From contig CAWGUP010000002.1 of assembly GCA_963825895.1 (NCBI GenBank), forward strand, positions 532,564 through 564,563: a stretch of 32,000 bases of DNA, in the 5' to 3' direction. A program made the translations under genes and the position numbers. The notes under the pieces are model-generated. The model had not been told where the DNA came from. It was given only the letters and a program-made list of their open reading frames with translations, and did not search any database. Positions 1-8,642 of the stretch are shown here, piece by piece. Source of the DNA: an uncultured Alphaproteobacteria bacterium (GTDB lineage: Bacteria; Pseudomonadota; Alphaproteobacteria; Micropepsales; Micropepsaceae). The stretch's first letter is position 1. Every line of letters begins with the position of its first letter.

Positions 1-313
1 GTGAAATCAAAATCCGTTCGGGCGAGAAACCCTCGGTGATGTCGGGGGCTTCCTCGAACATCGCGTAGGACAGACGCTGCTGGCGCTTGGCCAGAAGGTT
101 GCCCGCGATCGCGAACAGATAACCCTGCACATTGTCGATGGGTGCACTCGAGCCGCGGGTATGCATGGCGAGGAACACGTCCTGGACCAGATCTTCGGCT
201 TCGGCAGCACCCACCCGGCGCAGGAAATAGCGCTTCAGACCGGGGCCGTATTGGGCCATCCATGCCTGGAGGTCTTCTTCTCCTAGACCGCTATGTTCGA
301 CCCCCGATGTCAT
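1..313 (-). CDS. ECF-type RNA polymerase sigma factor, N-terminal part only (gene runs off the left edge of the window)
   Basis: This ORF is missing from the supplied track because it has no stop inside the window. The reverse-strand ATG at 313 opens a frame that stays open to position 1: MTSGVEHSGLGEEDLQAWMAQYGPGLKRYFLRRVGAAEAEDLVQDVFLAMHTRG...VQGYLFAIAGNLLAKRQQ. The strings AEDLVQDVFL and YLFxIAxNLL resemble sigma-70 region 2 signatures of group IV (ECF) sigma factors. Confidence 0.6.
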   Translation of the reverse strand, partial: MTSGVEHSGLGEEDLQAWMAQYGPGLKRYFLRRVGAAEAEDLVQDVFLAMHTRGSSAPIDNVQGYLFAIAGNLLAKRQQRLSYAMFEEAPDITEGFSPERILIS

Positions 314-503
314 TTTCCGAAAACCTCGAAAGGCATGGCCCGGCGGCCACAAACCTATGGTCCCGATGACTAGGAGGCTCTTTTTCGGAAATGATGCACC
401 CCTTGCGCACAAGAACGTGAAGAATTTTCGCAGGTCGCGTCCTTGAAGGGGTGGGAAGCAGGACTTATCCCTTCAACAGCAGATATATAAGTGGGACATA
501 TTC

Positions 504-2354
504 ATGCTCGACCGCCGGTCCGCCCTTCTGTCCGGCGCCGCTGCAGGAGCGCTTGCCATCGCCACAATTCCGCCGGCCCTGGCCGCGCTGCCCCAATCTG
601 AAGCTGCAAAGATGAACAGACTGTTCGATGCATTCATCGACGCCGATCTTGATCGTTCGCCCCAGATGGTCACTCAGCTTGGTCTCGACAAAGGTGCGCG
701 CGCCAGCGCCAAGAGCAAGCTCGACCGGCTTTCGCTCGCAGCGATCGCAGGCGATAAACGCCGCACCGCCGATCAATTAAAAGCACTCGAAACGATCAAT
801 CGCGCGCAACTCTCTGGCATGGATGGGGTGAACTACGATGTCGTTCACTATTCCCTCAAGACCGCCGATGCCGCGTATCGCCGTTATGATTTCGGTGCGG
901 CCAGTTCGGGCGAGGGTTCGCCGCAGGGCGCTGGCGTGCCCTATGTCATGACCCAATTCAACGGCGCTTACCAGTCGGTGCCAGATTTCCTCGACAGCCA
1001 GCACAGCATCGAGACCAAAGAAGACGCCGACGCTTATCTGGCGCGCCTTGAAGACTTCGCAGGCCTGCTGGACCAGGAATCCGAAGCCTCGCGTCACGAC
1101 GCAGGCCTTGGCGTCATTGCGCCCGACTTTATCCTGAAGCGCACACTCGATTTGATGACAAAGTTGCGCGCGCCCGCGCCGGAATACGCAATCCTCGCCA
1201 CGTCGGTTGGCCGGCGCGCCAAAGAGAAAAATATCGCGGGCGATTACGGTGCACGGGCTGCCCATCTTGTGGCAGACAAGATATACCCGGCACTCGATCG
1301 ACAGAGGACTCTGCTCAAAAGCTTCCAGCCCAAAGCCGTTCACGATGCCGGGGTTTGGCGGCTGAAGGACGGCGATCAATATTATGCCGATTCGCTCACC
1401 TATTGGGCGACGACCGATAAAACGCCGAACGAAATTCACGAGGCTGGCCTTAATCTCGTGGCCGATTTCACCGCCCGTATCGGCACGATCATGAGGTCCC
1501 ATGCCCTGACAAAAGGCACGGTCGGAGAACGGCTGCGCGCAATGTATGACGACCCGAAATTCCGCTATCCCAACACCGATGAAGGCAAGGAAAAACTCAT
1601 CGCCGACCTAAACGTGAAGGTGCGCCAGGTGCGCACCAAGCTGCCGCAATATTTCGGTGTGCTGCCGAAGGCCGATGTCACTATCAAGCGGGTGCCGAAA
1701 TATATCGAGGAAGGCCAGGCTGGTGGCTATTACCAGCCCTCCTCGCTCGACGGTTCGCGACCTGGCTTCTATTACATCAATTTGCGCAACACCGCCGAAG
1801 TGCCGAGCTGGACATTGCCCACACTCACCTATCACGAGAGCATCCCAGGCCATCACCTGCAAGGCAGCATCCAACAGGAAGCGAACCTCCCGCTGATCCG
1901 CAAGATCTCGTTTTTTTCGGCCTATCTCGAAGGCTGGGCGCTTTATGCCGAGCAACTTGCCGACGAGATGGGACTTTATGAAAACGATCCGTTCGGCAGG
2001 ATCGGCTACATGCACGATGCGATGTTCCGCGGCGTACGGCTCGTCATCGACACAGGAATACACGCCAAACGCTGGAGCCGCGAACAAGCCGTCAAATATT
2101 ATGTCGATGCGCTGGGCGATCCTGAAGCAGCGGCCGTCACCGAAGTCGAGCGCTATTGCGTGTGGCCGGGCCAGGCGTGTTCCTACATGCTAGGCAAACT
2201 CGAATTTCTAAGCCTCCGGGACAAGGCAAAAAAAGCCTTAGGATCGCACTTCAACATTCGCGATTATCACGACGCGGTGCTGCTGTGCGGCGCCACGCCA
2301 CTGGCTACGCTCGATACGGTGGTCGGCAACTATATCAAAGCCAAGAGAGCATAG
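504..2354 (+). CDS. DUF885-family protein with a Tat-type signal peptide (exported, metallopeptidase-like)
   Basis: 616-aa ORF with an ATG start. The N-terminus MLDRRSALLSGAAAGALAIATIPPALA has a twin-arginine motif and an AxA cleavage site. The HESIPGHHLQ motif and overall length are typical of DUF885 proteins. Confidence 0.85.
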   Translation: MLDRRSALLSGAAAGALAIATIPPALAALPQSEAAKMNRLFDAFIDADLDRSPQMVTQLGLDKGARASAKSKLDRLSLAAIAGDKRRTADQLKALETINRAQLSGMDGVNYDVVHYSLKTADAAYRRYDFGAASSGEGSPQGAGVPYVMTQFNGAYQSVPDFLDSQHSIETKEDADAYLARLEDFAGLLDQESEASRHDAGLGVIAPDFILKRTLDLMTKLRAPAPEYAILATSVGRRAKEKNIAGDYGARAAHLVADKIYPALDRQRTLLKSFQPKAVHDAGVWRLKDGDQYYADSLTYWATTDKTPNEIHEAGLNLVADFTARIGTIMRSHALTKGTVGERLRAMYDDPKFRYPNTDEGKEKLIADLNVKVRQVRTKLPQYFGVLPKADVTIKRVPKYIEEGQAGGYYQPSSLDGSRPGFYYINLRNTAEVPSWTLPTLTYHESIPGHHLQGSIQQEANLPLIRKISFFSAYLEGWALYAEQLADEMGLYENDPFGRIGYMHDAMFRGVRLVIDTGIHAKRWSREQAVKYYVDALGDPEAAAVTEVERYCVWPGQACSYMLGKLEFLSLRDKAKKALGSHFNIRDYHDAVLLCGATPLATLDTVVGNYIKAKRA

Positions 2355-2530
2355 ACCATTTTTTGTTTCGGCTGAATCGTCAAGCCATTCATTTATTCTG
2401 CCACCACCCGCTTATGCGTGCGACCCACTTGTCTTTATTCGAGCAAACAAAATTGGATCCCGCCACCGCGCCAAAGACGAGAACAAAGGATGACAGCGCA
2501 GTGTTTGACCGCTATTGAACGTAAAATGCT

Positions 2531-3682
2531 CTAGCGCGCGGCCAAGGCCTGCTCGAGATCGGCTATTAGATCGCCAACCTCTTCGATACCGGTGGAAAGC
2601 CGCAGCAGATCGCGCGGACAAAGGCTGGTGGTATCCTCGACCGAGGCGCGGTGTTCGACCAGGCTTTCCACACCGCCAAGCGATGTCGCACGTTTCCAGA
2701 TGCGCACCTCGGCGGCGGCCGCAATGGCCGCGCTCTCACCAGCCTTGACGCGGATCGACAGCATGGCGCCGAACCCGCCTCTCATCTGCCGCGCCGCCAC
2801 CACGTGGCCCGGAAAGTCCGGTAGGCCCGGATAGAGAACTTCGGCTATCGCGGGATGGCCGTGGAAATGTTCGGCCACGGCGCGCGCATTGGCAGCGGCG
2901 GTGCGCACGCGAGGAAACAATGTGCGCATACCGCGCTGGATCAACCACGCCTCGAAGGCTCCCGGTATGCCGCCCAACTGTACGCGCAAGGTTTTGAGAC
3001 GCGCCCAATGTTCGTCGTCCACGCGCGTGACAAGTGCGCCCGCCACCAGATCGGAATGTCCATTGAGATATTTCGTCGCCGAATGCATCACAATATCGGC
3101 ACCCAATTCGAGGGGCCGGGTGAACACCGGCGTCGCCACAGTCGAATCCACCGCCAGCTTCGCGCCCGCCTTGCGCGCGATCTCGGCGGCGCCCACCAGA
3201 TCGGTGATCGTCCACAGCGGATTGGCCGGCGTTTCTACCCAAATCAGTTTCGTCCTGCCCGGCCGCGCTGCGCGCGCGATGGCACCGGTGTCGGCCATAT
3301 CGACGAACTCGACATCGAGGCCCCAGCCGCGCGCAAAGGTCATGAGCCAGTGGCGCAACGACCAGTACATGATCTTGGGCGCGATCACGTGATCGCCTGG
3401 TGCCAAGCTCTGAAACACCGCCGTCGCTGCCGCCATGCCAGAGGAAAACAGCATCGCGTCAGCACCCGCCTCCAACGCGGCCAGCAGCGCCTCGGCTTGA
3501 TCGTAAGTCGGATTGTCGGCGCGCGCATAATTGCGGCCTGAACGATACTGATTGTCTTTGTCGCGTTCGAAAGTAGAGGAAACATGGATTGGCGGCGAGA
3601 TCGCGCGCGTTGTTTCATCCACCCAGCCCAACCCCTGTGCGGCAAGCGTTGCGGCGTTCAGCGATTGCAGTTTGTCGATCAT
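2531..3682 (-). CDS. PLP-dependent transsulfuration enzyme (cystathionine gamma-synthase / beta-lyase / gamma-lyase family)
   Basis: 383-aa ORF. It carries the Cys/Met-metabolism PLP signature around the Schiff-base lysine (HSATKYLNGHSDLVAG). N-terminal PPIHVSSTF and SGMAA motifs are also present. I cannot assign the exact specificity (MetB, MetC or MetZ) from sequence by eye. Confidence 0.9.
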   Translation of the reverse strand: MIDKLQSLNAATLAAQGLGWVDETTRAISPPIHVSSTFERDKDNQYRSGRNYARADNPTYDQAEALLAALEAGADAMLFSSGMAAATAVFQSLAPGDHVIAPKIMYWSLRHWLMTFARGWGLDVEFVDMADTGAIARAARPGRTKLIWVETPANPLWTITDLVGAAEIARKAGAKLAVDSTVATPVFTRPLELGADIVMHSATKYLNGHSDLVAGALVTRVDDEHWARLKTLRVQLGGIPGAFEAWLIQRGMRTLFPRVRTAAANARAVAEHFHGHPAIAEVLYPGLPDFPGHVVAARQMRGGFGAMLSIRVKAGESAAIAAAAEVRIWKRATSLGGVESLVEHRASVEDTTSLCPRDLLRLSTGIEEVGDLIADLEQALAAR

Positions 3683-3732
3683 GGCGTTCTCCGAAGCGCA
3701 GCATTGCCGGTTACGATCCGCCGTTCAACGCA

Positions 3733-5340
3733 TCAGCCAATGCCGAGTTCGCTTCTGGCGAATTCGCCGGCCGCCTTGTAGTCCGCCTTGCCGTTTGGCG
3801 CGCGCAAGCAGATCGTGCTGACAAGTACCCGTTTGGGCGTTTTGTAATCGGCCAGCCGCGACCGGACGTGCTGACGCAGATCGGCTTCATCGAATTGATG
3901 CGACGGCGAAATGTGAACCACAGCGGTCACCGCCTGGCCCCAGCGTTCGTCCGGCACACCGATGACCAGCGCATCCTCTATTGCCGGATGGGTCTTGAGC
4001 GCTTCCTCGACCTCTTCGGGATAGACTTTCTCGCCAGCCGTGTTGATGCAGACGCTGCCGCGTCCGAGCAAGATCAGCGTGCCGTCCGCCTCGACCTTGC
4101 ACCAGTCGCCGGGCATCGCATAGCGCACGCCATCGATCGTGCGGAAGGTCTTGGCCGTCTTCTCCGGGTCCTTGTAATAGCCCACGGGAATGGGCGGACA
4201 TTGCGCGATCATGCCGGTCTTGCCCGAGCCGGGCACAACCGGGCGGTCGTGTTCGTCGAACACCTTGCAGCGTTCGCCGATCTGGAATTTCGCGGTCTGG
4301 ATTTCACCGTCCCTGGTCATCTGCGACGAACCGAGGCCAACGCTTTCCGAAGACCCAAAACTGTCCATCAACACCGCTTGCGGGATATGGCGTATAAGGC
4401 CGCGCTTGACCTCCACGCTCCACATCACGCCGGACGACACTATGTTCACGATGTTCGACAGATTGTATTTTCCAGGCGCTGCATCGAGTACCTGCAACAT
4501 TGGCTTAGCGAACGCATCGCCCACGATGACGACGGTGGCGACCTTGTTGCGGTCGACTTCGCGCCACAATTCCTCCGGATCGAAATGCGGACTTTGCATC
4601 GTGACCACGCAGCCCCCGCTCAGCATGGTCGCCATCGCCATCAACATGCCGGTGCCATGCATCAACGGGCATGCCGGCAACAGGCGCACGCCGGGCCCGG
4701 CGATCTTGATCGAGCCCACCAGCCCCTCCATGGTTTCGGGCACAGGTCCGAGGCGCCGAAGCGACGTCAGATGGGTTTCGCGCAGATCGTTGTGGGTCCA
4801 GATCACGCCCTTGGGCATTCCGGTCGTACCGCCCGTATAGATGAAGAATTCGTCGGTGGGCAAACGCTGTAGCCTCAGTGGCGAGCCATCACCTTCGTGC
4901 ACCAAGTCCTCAAACCGTTGCGCGAAAGAAGCAGGTTCGTCGTCGGTCACCTCGATGAAGGTCCGCACGTTGCCGAGGCGATCGCGAATCTGGGCGATGA
5001 CATCGCGGAACTCTGCGCCATAGACGACCGTCTGCGCATCGGAATTGTCGAAGATGTAAAACACTTCGTCGGGCTTGTAGCGGTAGTTGACGTTCACATG
5101 GGTCAGCCGCGCCTTGAAGCATGCCGCCATCAGTTCGCAATATTCGGGGCGGTTGCGCATGTAGAATGCGACCTTATCGCCCGGTGTCGCACCGCGTGCG
5201 ATCAGCGCACGCCCCAGATTGTTCGAACGCCTCGAAGTCTCGGCCCATGTGAGGGTGCGCGAACCATGAATGAAGGCGGGCGCCTCGCCGGGCAGAACCG
5301 GTTCGATAGCGTCCAGAATGTCACCGAAATTCCAAGGCAT
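3733..5340 (-). CDS. Acyl-CoA synthetase (AMP-dependent synthetase/ligase family)
   Basis: 535-aa ORF. The AMP-binding motif IYTGGTTGMPKGV is present. The C-terminal GDWCKVEADGTLILLGR and YKTPKRV motifs are characteristic of adenylate-forming acyl-CoA ligases. Confidence 0.9.
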   Translation of the reverse strand: MPWNFGDILDAIEPVLPGEAPAFIHGSRTLTWAETSRRSNNLGRALIARGATPGDKVAFYMRNRPEYCELMAACFKARLTHVNVNYRYKPDEVFYIFDNSDAQTVVYGAEFRDVIAQIRDRLGNVRTFIEVTDDEPASFAQRFEDLVHEGDGSPLRLQRLPTDEFFIYTGGTTGMPKGVIWTHNDLRETHLTSLRRLGPVPETMEGLVGSIKIAGPGVRLLPACPLMHGTGMLMAMATMLSGGCVVTMQSPHFDPEELWREVDRNKVATVVIVGDAFAKPMLQVLDAAPGKYNLSNIVNIVSSGVMWSVEVKRGLIRHIPQAVLMDSFGSSESVGLGSSQMTRDGEIQTAKFQIGERCKVFDEHDRPVVPGSGKTGMIAQCPPIPVGYYKDPEKTAKTFRTIDGVRYAMPGDWCKVEADGTLILLGRGSVCINTAGEKVYPEEVEEALKTHPAIEDALVIGVPDERWGQAVTAVVHISPSHQFDEADLRQHVRSRLADYKTPKRVLVSTICLRAPNGKADYKAAGEFARSELGIG

Positions 5341-5426
5341 TTCCCAACCCGGATTGTTTTGATGTTTGTGTCCGCATTTCGCGCTGGCCGTACCGCAAAA
5401 TCAACCGGATCGTGGTTAAACGCACG

Positions 5427-5458
5427 AAAAGCCGGCGGCGCCTGCGCCACCGACTTTT
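5427..5458 (-). terminator. Rho-independent terminator candidate downstream of the PRC-barrel gene (symmetric, could act on both strands)
   Basis: The minus strand reads AAAA-GTCGGTGGCG-CAGG-CGCCGCCGGC-TTTT. This is a 10-bp GC-rich stem (two G:U pairs) with a 4-nt loop and a T-run. It lies about 20 nt after the stop codon at 5478-5480. Confidence 0.5.
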
Positions 5459-5477
5459 CGAATCGATTTTACTGACA

Positions 5478-5840
5478 CTACTCCCAGTAGTGGGGCGTCT
5501 CATAATAATCGTAAGTCCGCGTTCTCAGATCGCTGTCCGCCCGCGTCACATCTTCCAGCCGCGCAGTAGGGGCTTTTTCGAGTACATCCTTGGACAGCGG
5601 CACGATATAGCCGCCCTTATCGGGATTATAATCGAGCACCGACCACGGAATGGGGTGATATTTCTCACCCATGCCGAGGACGCCGCCGAAGCCGAGCACG
5701 GCAAACATAATATTGTTCGACATCTTATCGAGCACGACATCTTCGACATGGCCGATCTTGTCGCCGGACGTGTTGTAGACCGCGGTTCCCTTCACCTTGG
5801 AAGAAAGTATCGCGCGCGTATGACCGCTTGGTGTGGGCAT
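5478..5840 (-). CDS. PRC-barrel domain protein
   Basis: 120-aa ORF. The sequence SSKVKGTAVYNTSGDKIGHVEDVVLDKMSNNIMFAVLGFGGVLGMGEKYHPIPWSVLDY matches the PRC-barrel pattern (G.xV.xxxGxxIGxVxDvvid...g.v.yaVl.fGGflG.g.k..piPw..l). A GGAAG Shine-Dalgarno sits 7 nt before the ATG. Confidence 0.85.
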   Translation of the reverse strand: MPTPSGHTRAILSSKVKGTAVYNTSGDKIGHVEDVVLDKMSNNIMFAVLGFGGVLGMGEKYHPIPWSVLDYNPDKGGYIVPLSKDVLEKAPTARLEDVTRADSDLRTRTYDYYETPHYWE

Positions 5841-5870
5841 GGTGGAGCTTCCTTGTGGTTACAGGAGCCT

Positions 5871-5895
5871 AACTGCCCAACGCCGCAATTGTTCC
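5871..5895 (-). promoter_or_regulatory. EcfG-type (general stress response) promoter candidate for the PRC-barrel gene
   Basis: The minus strand reads GGAAC-N16-AGTT (GGAAC aattgcggcgttgggc AGTT). It sits 30 nt upstream of the ATG at 5840, inside the 62-bp gap after the ligase stop. The alphaproteobacterial EcfG consensus is GGAAC-N16/17-cGTT. Confidence 0.4.
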
Positions 5896-5902
5896 GATAA
5901 AA

Positions 5903-7525
5903 TCAGACGTTTGCATCTATCCGTTCCAGCATGTGTTCTAACGTCCGCAATTCATCGGCTTCGCGCGCCGGCTTGTCCCAGCGCAACCGATTGATACGTG
6001 GGAACCGCATAGCAACGCCGGATTTGTGCCGCGTGGAACGCTGCAGGCCTTCAAAGGCGATTTCCATGACAAGGCCGAAATCGCGATCAGCCCGAACGGA
6101 ACGAACAGGCCCGAAGCGTTCCGTCGTGTTGTCGCGCACGAATTTGTCGAGTTGCTTGAGTTCATCGTCGGTAAAGCCGAAATAGGCTTTGCCCACCGGC
6201 GTCAACGCATACTTGCCGTCCTCATCTTCGCGCCAAACCCCGAACGTGTAGTCCGAATAAAAACTCGACCGCTTGCCGTGGCCGCGCTGGGCATACATCA
6301 GCACCGCGTCGATCAGGAACGGGTCGCGCTTCCATTTGAACCACGGCCCCTTGGGGCGCCCGGCTTCGTAGATAGAATCCCAGCGTTTCAGCATCACCCC
6401 CTCGGCGGATTGCGGGTCGCCGGCGGGCGGAGCAGCACGCAGCTGACGCAATTCGTCCCAGGTCCCGAACAGCAGCAACGGCGAAAGGTCGATACGGGAC
6501 GAGGCGGCCTTCTCGACAAACAATTCCAAACGCGCACGGCGCTGTTTGAATGGCAGATGGCGGATGTCCTTATCGCCATCGAGCAACAAATCATAGGCGC
6601 GGATGGCGGCGGGATATCGGGACATCAGCTTTGTATCCGCGGTCTTGCGATTGAGCCTTTGCTGCAAATCGCCGAACGGCGCGACCCTGCCCTTGCGCAT
6701 GACCAGGAGTTCCCCGTCGAGCACGCCCTCGAACGTCATCGCCTCCAAGATGTCTGGAAAAGAATGCGAAATGTCGTCGGCGGTGCGCGTGTAGAGACAA
6801 CGCTTGCCGCGCTCGTTCACGGCCTGCACCCGGATGCCATCCCATTTCCATTCAGCGGCGTAATCGGCGGGATCAAGCCGAACCAAATCGCTGTGCTCAT
6901 CGATGGCTTGTGCCAGCATGACCGGGCGGAACCGGCCCGGCGCATCGGGCGAGGGCCTTTCGCTGCGCTTTTCGAGCCACGCAAACAAATCTTCGTAAGG
7001 TGGCGACTGCGCGTGCCAGATTTCCTCCACTTGCGTTATGGGCACGCCGCCCATAGCGGCAGCGGCCTGTTTCGCCAGCCGAGCAGAAACGCCAACGCGC
7101 AAACCACCGGTGACAAGTTTCAAAAGCGCCCAACGTTCATTGGCATCGAGCGCATCAAGCCAGCCCTCCAAAAGCGCCTGGACCTGCGAACGCGATGCCG
7201 TGCGCAGTGCTTCGATTACCTCGGAGAATTCGGGTTTCCGATTGGCGCCGTGCTTCGCCGGCCAGATGAGCGCGACTGTTTCGGCAAGATCCCCGACATA
7301 GTCGTAAGAAAGGCGAAACAGTTGCGGATCATAGCGTGCTTCGACCGCCTTGCGGATGAACGCGGGCTTGGCCTGCGAAAACGACAGCGCGCCGGTCAGC
7401 GCAGCCAGCGCCCAGCCACGTTCGGGATCGGGTGCTTCGCGCAAATAATCGCGTATCAGGACCAGCTTGGCGTTGCGCGAGGGCGTAAACGAAAGTCGAT
7501 CCAGAAGATTTGCAAACGCGCGCAT
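5903..7525 (-). CDS. ATP-dependent DNA ligase of the ligase-associated DNA damage response type (usually annotated 'cisplatin damage response ATP-dependent DNA ligase')
   Basis: 540-aa ORF. Adenylation motif I is present with the catalytic lysine (AEWKWDGIRVQ). The OB-fold-like C-terminus, the length, and translational coupling to the beta-CASP exonuclease upstream are typical of this ligase family. Confidence 0.9.
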   Translation of the reverse strand: MRAFANLLDRLSFTPSRNAKLVLIRDYLREAPDPERGWALAALTGALSFSQAKPAFIRKAVEARYDPQLFRLSYDYVGDLAETVALIWPAKHGANRKPEFSEVIEALRTASRSQVQALLEGWLDALDANERWALLKLVTGGLRVGVSARLAKQAAAAMGGVPITQVEEIWHAQSPPYEDLFAWLEKRSERPSPDAPGRFRPVMLAQAIDEHSDLVRLDPADYAAEWKWDGIRVQAVNERGKRCLYTRTADDISHSFPDILEAMTFEGVLDGELLVMRKGRVAPFGDLQQRLNRKTADTKLMSRYPAAIRAYDLLLDGDKDIRHLPFKQRRARLELFVEKAASSRIDLSPLLLFGTWDELRQLRAAPPAGDPQSAEGVMLKRWDSIYEAGRPKGPWFKWKRDPFLIDAVLMYAQRGHGKRSSFYSDYTFGVWREDEDGKYALTPVGKAYFGFTDDELKQLDKFVRDNTTERFGPVRSVRADRDFGLVMEIAFEGLQRSTRHKSGVAMRFPRINRLRWDKPAREADELRTLEHMLERIDANV

Positions 7526-8535
7526 TAGGCTTCTTCTTCGTCATCATAGCCCACGAGCGAAAGGGCACGCGCGCCAACGCCTTCCAGCTCCGCCCAACGC
7601 AACAGGGCTTGCTCTTCGCCATGGGTGACCCAAAGCTCACAAGGCTGAAGTTGTTTCACCGTCATGGTGAGTTCGTCCCAATCGGCATGATCGGAAATAA
7701 CGAGCGGCAGTTCCACGCCGCGCTGGCGGGCACGCGCCCGCACGCTCATCCAGCCCGAGGCGAAGCCGGACAGCGGATCGGGAAAACGCCGCGCCCAGCG
7801 ATCTGCGATTGCAGACGGCGGCGCGATGATGATCGCGCCCTCGAAATCCTTTTTGCGTCCTGTCGTTGCGGGTGCAAGTGGGCCAAGCTCTATGCCGAAA
7901 GATTCATAGAGCGCGTTCAACCGCTGCATCGCACCATGCACATAGATGGTGCGGTCGTATCCGGCTTCGCGCAACAGACAGATGATGCGCTGGGCCTTGC
8001 CGAGCGCATAGGCGCCTACGAGATGGGCGCGTTGGGGAAACTGCGCCACCGATTTGAGCAGCTTGTGCATTTCGTCGTGGTCGTCGGGATGACGGAACAC
8101 GGGCAGGCCGAATGTCGCTTCCGACACGAATACATCGCAGGCAACAGGGACGAACGACGCGCAGGTGGGGTCGCGGCGACGCTTGTAATCGCCCGAGACG
8201 AGGATCCGGCAATCCTTCCAGTGCACAGCGGCTTGTGCTGATCCCAATATATGCCCCGCCGGGTGCAGCACGATCTCGACCCCGTTGTGCAGGGTAGGGG
8301 CGCCGTAGCTGGCAGCCTGGGTTTCGCCCGCAAAGCCCGTGCCATAACGCGCCTCCATGATGGCAAGAGTTTCGGCCGTCGCCAGCACCGCGCCATGGCC
8401 GGCGCGCGCGTGATCGGAATGGCCATGGGTGATGACGGCGCGCGCCACCGCCCGCACCGGGTCGATGTAGAAGTCTGCGGGCGGGCAATATAGTCCGGCC
8501 GGCGTTGGGCAGAGCAGCGTTTCAGGCTTTATCAT
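7525..8535 (-). CDS. Ligase-associated DNA damage response exonuclease (metallo-beta-lactamase / beta-CASP fold)
   Basis: The MBL motif ITHGHSDHARAGH (HxHxDH) is present. I placed the start at the internal ATG at 8535 (MIKPETLLCPTPAGLYCPPADFYIDP), which is the usual N-terminus of this family, rather than at the track start 8583. The stop TAA at 7525-7527 overlaps the ligase ATG at 7523-7525 (TAATG). Confidence 0.85.
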   Translation of the reverse strand: MIKPETLLCPTPAGLYCPPADFYIDPVRAVARAVITHGHSDHARAGHGAVLATAETLAIMEARYGTGFAGETQAASYGAPTLHNGVEIVLHPAGHILGSAQAAVHWKDCRILVSGDYKRRRDPTCASFVPVACDVFVSEATFGLPVFRHPDDHDEMHKLLKSVAQFPQRAHLVGAYALGKAQRIICLLREAGYDRTIYVHGAMQRLNALYESFGIELGPLAPATTGRKKDFEGAIIIAPPSAIADRWARRFPDPLSGFASGWMSVRARARQRGVELPLVISDHADWDELTMTVKQLQPCELWVTHGEEQALLRWAELEGVGARALSLVGYDDEEEA

Positions 8536-8642
8536 TTTGCCAATATGACCCTTGCCAGAACCTATCCCAAGACAAACGCCCAACGCGCTTGATCGCGGCG
8601 CGGAGCCGCTGCTTACATGGGCCGGGCGGATGGGACAGCTGG

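Noticed and set aside
314-503. I searched the divergent region between the ECF sigma gene and the DUF885 gene for an autoregulated ECF-type promoter (GGAAC/GAAC ... CGT).
   Set aside because: Only a partial match was found: AGAAC-N19-CGCGT at about 406-435. Its spacing is wrong, and it faces the DUF885 gene rather than the sigma gene. It is not convincing.
3589-4872. 427-aa plus-strand ORF, with a nested 216-aa ORF at 4190-4840.
   Set aside because: Both are antisense to the acyl-CoA synthetase gene, which has an unambiguous AMP-binding motif. The compositions are Arg/His/Ala-rich and there are no motifs.
6026-7528. 500-aa plus-strand ORF.
   Set aside because: It lies entirely antisense to the DNA ligase gene, which has clear catalytic motifs. 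Its product is Arg/Ala/Pro-rich and low in complexity, with no recognisable motifs. This is a typical shadow ORF of a high-GC genome.
8505-8642. N-terminal 46-codon extension of the SLOG-SLATT ORF as given in the track. Similar 5' extensions occur at 12282-12533 (TIR), 19973-20191 (LigD-Pol), 14485-14877 (ICMT), 24988-25110 and 26214-26390 (ACADs), and 8536-8583 (exonuclease).
   Set aside because: The extensions overlap neighbouring genes or divergent promoters. They translate to Arg/Cys/Pro-rich junk and precede internal ATGs that give family-typical N-termini. Several of those ATGs have Shine-Dalgarno sequences or coupling overlaps.
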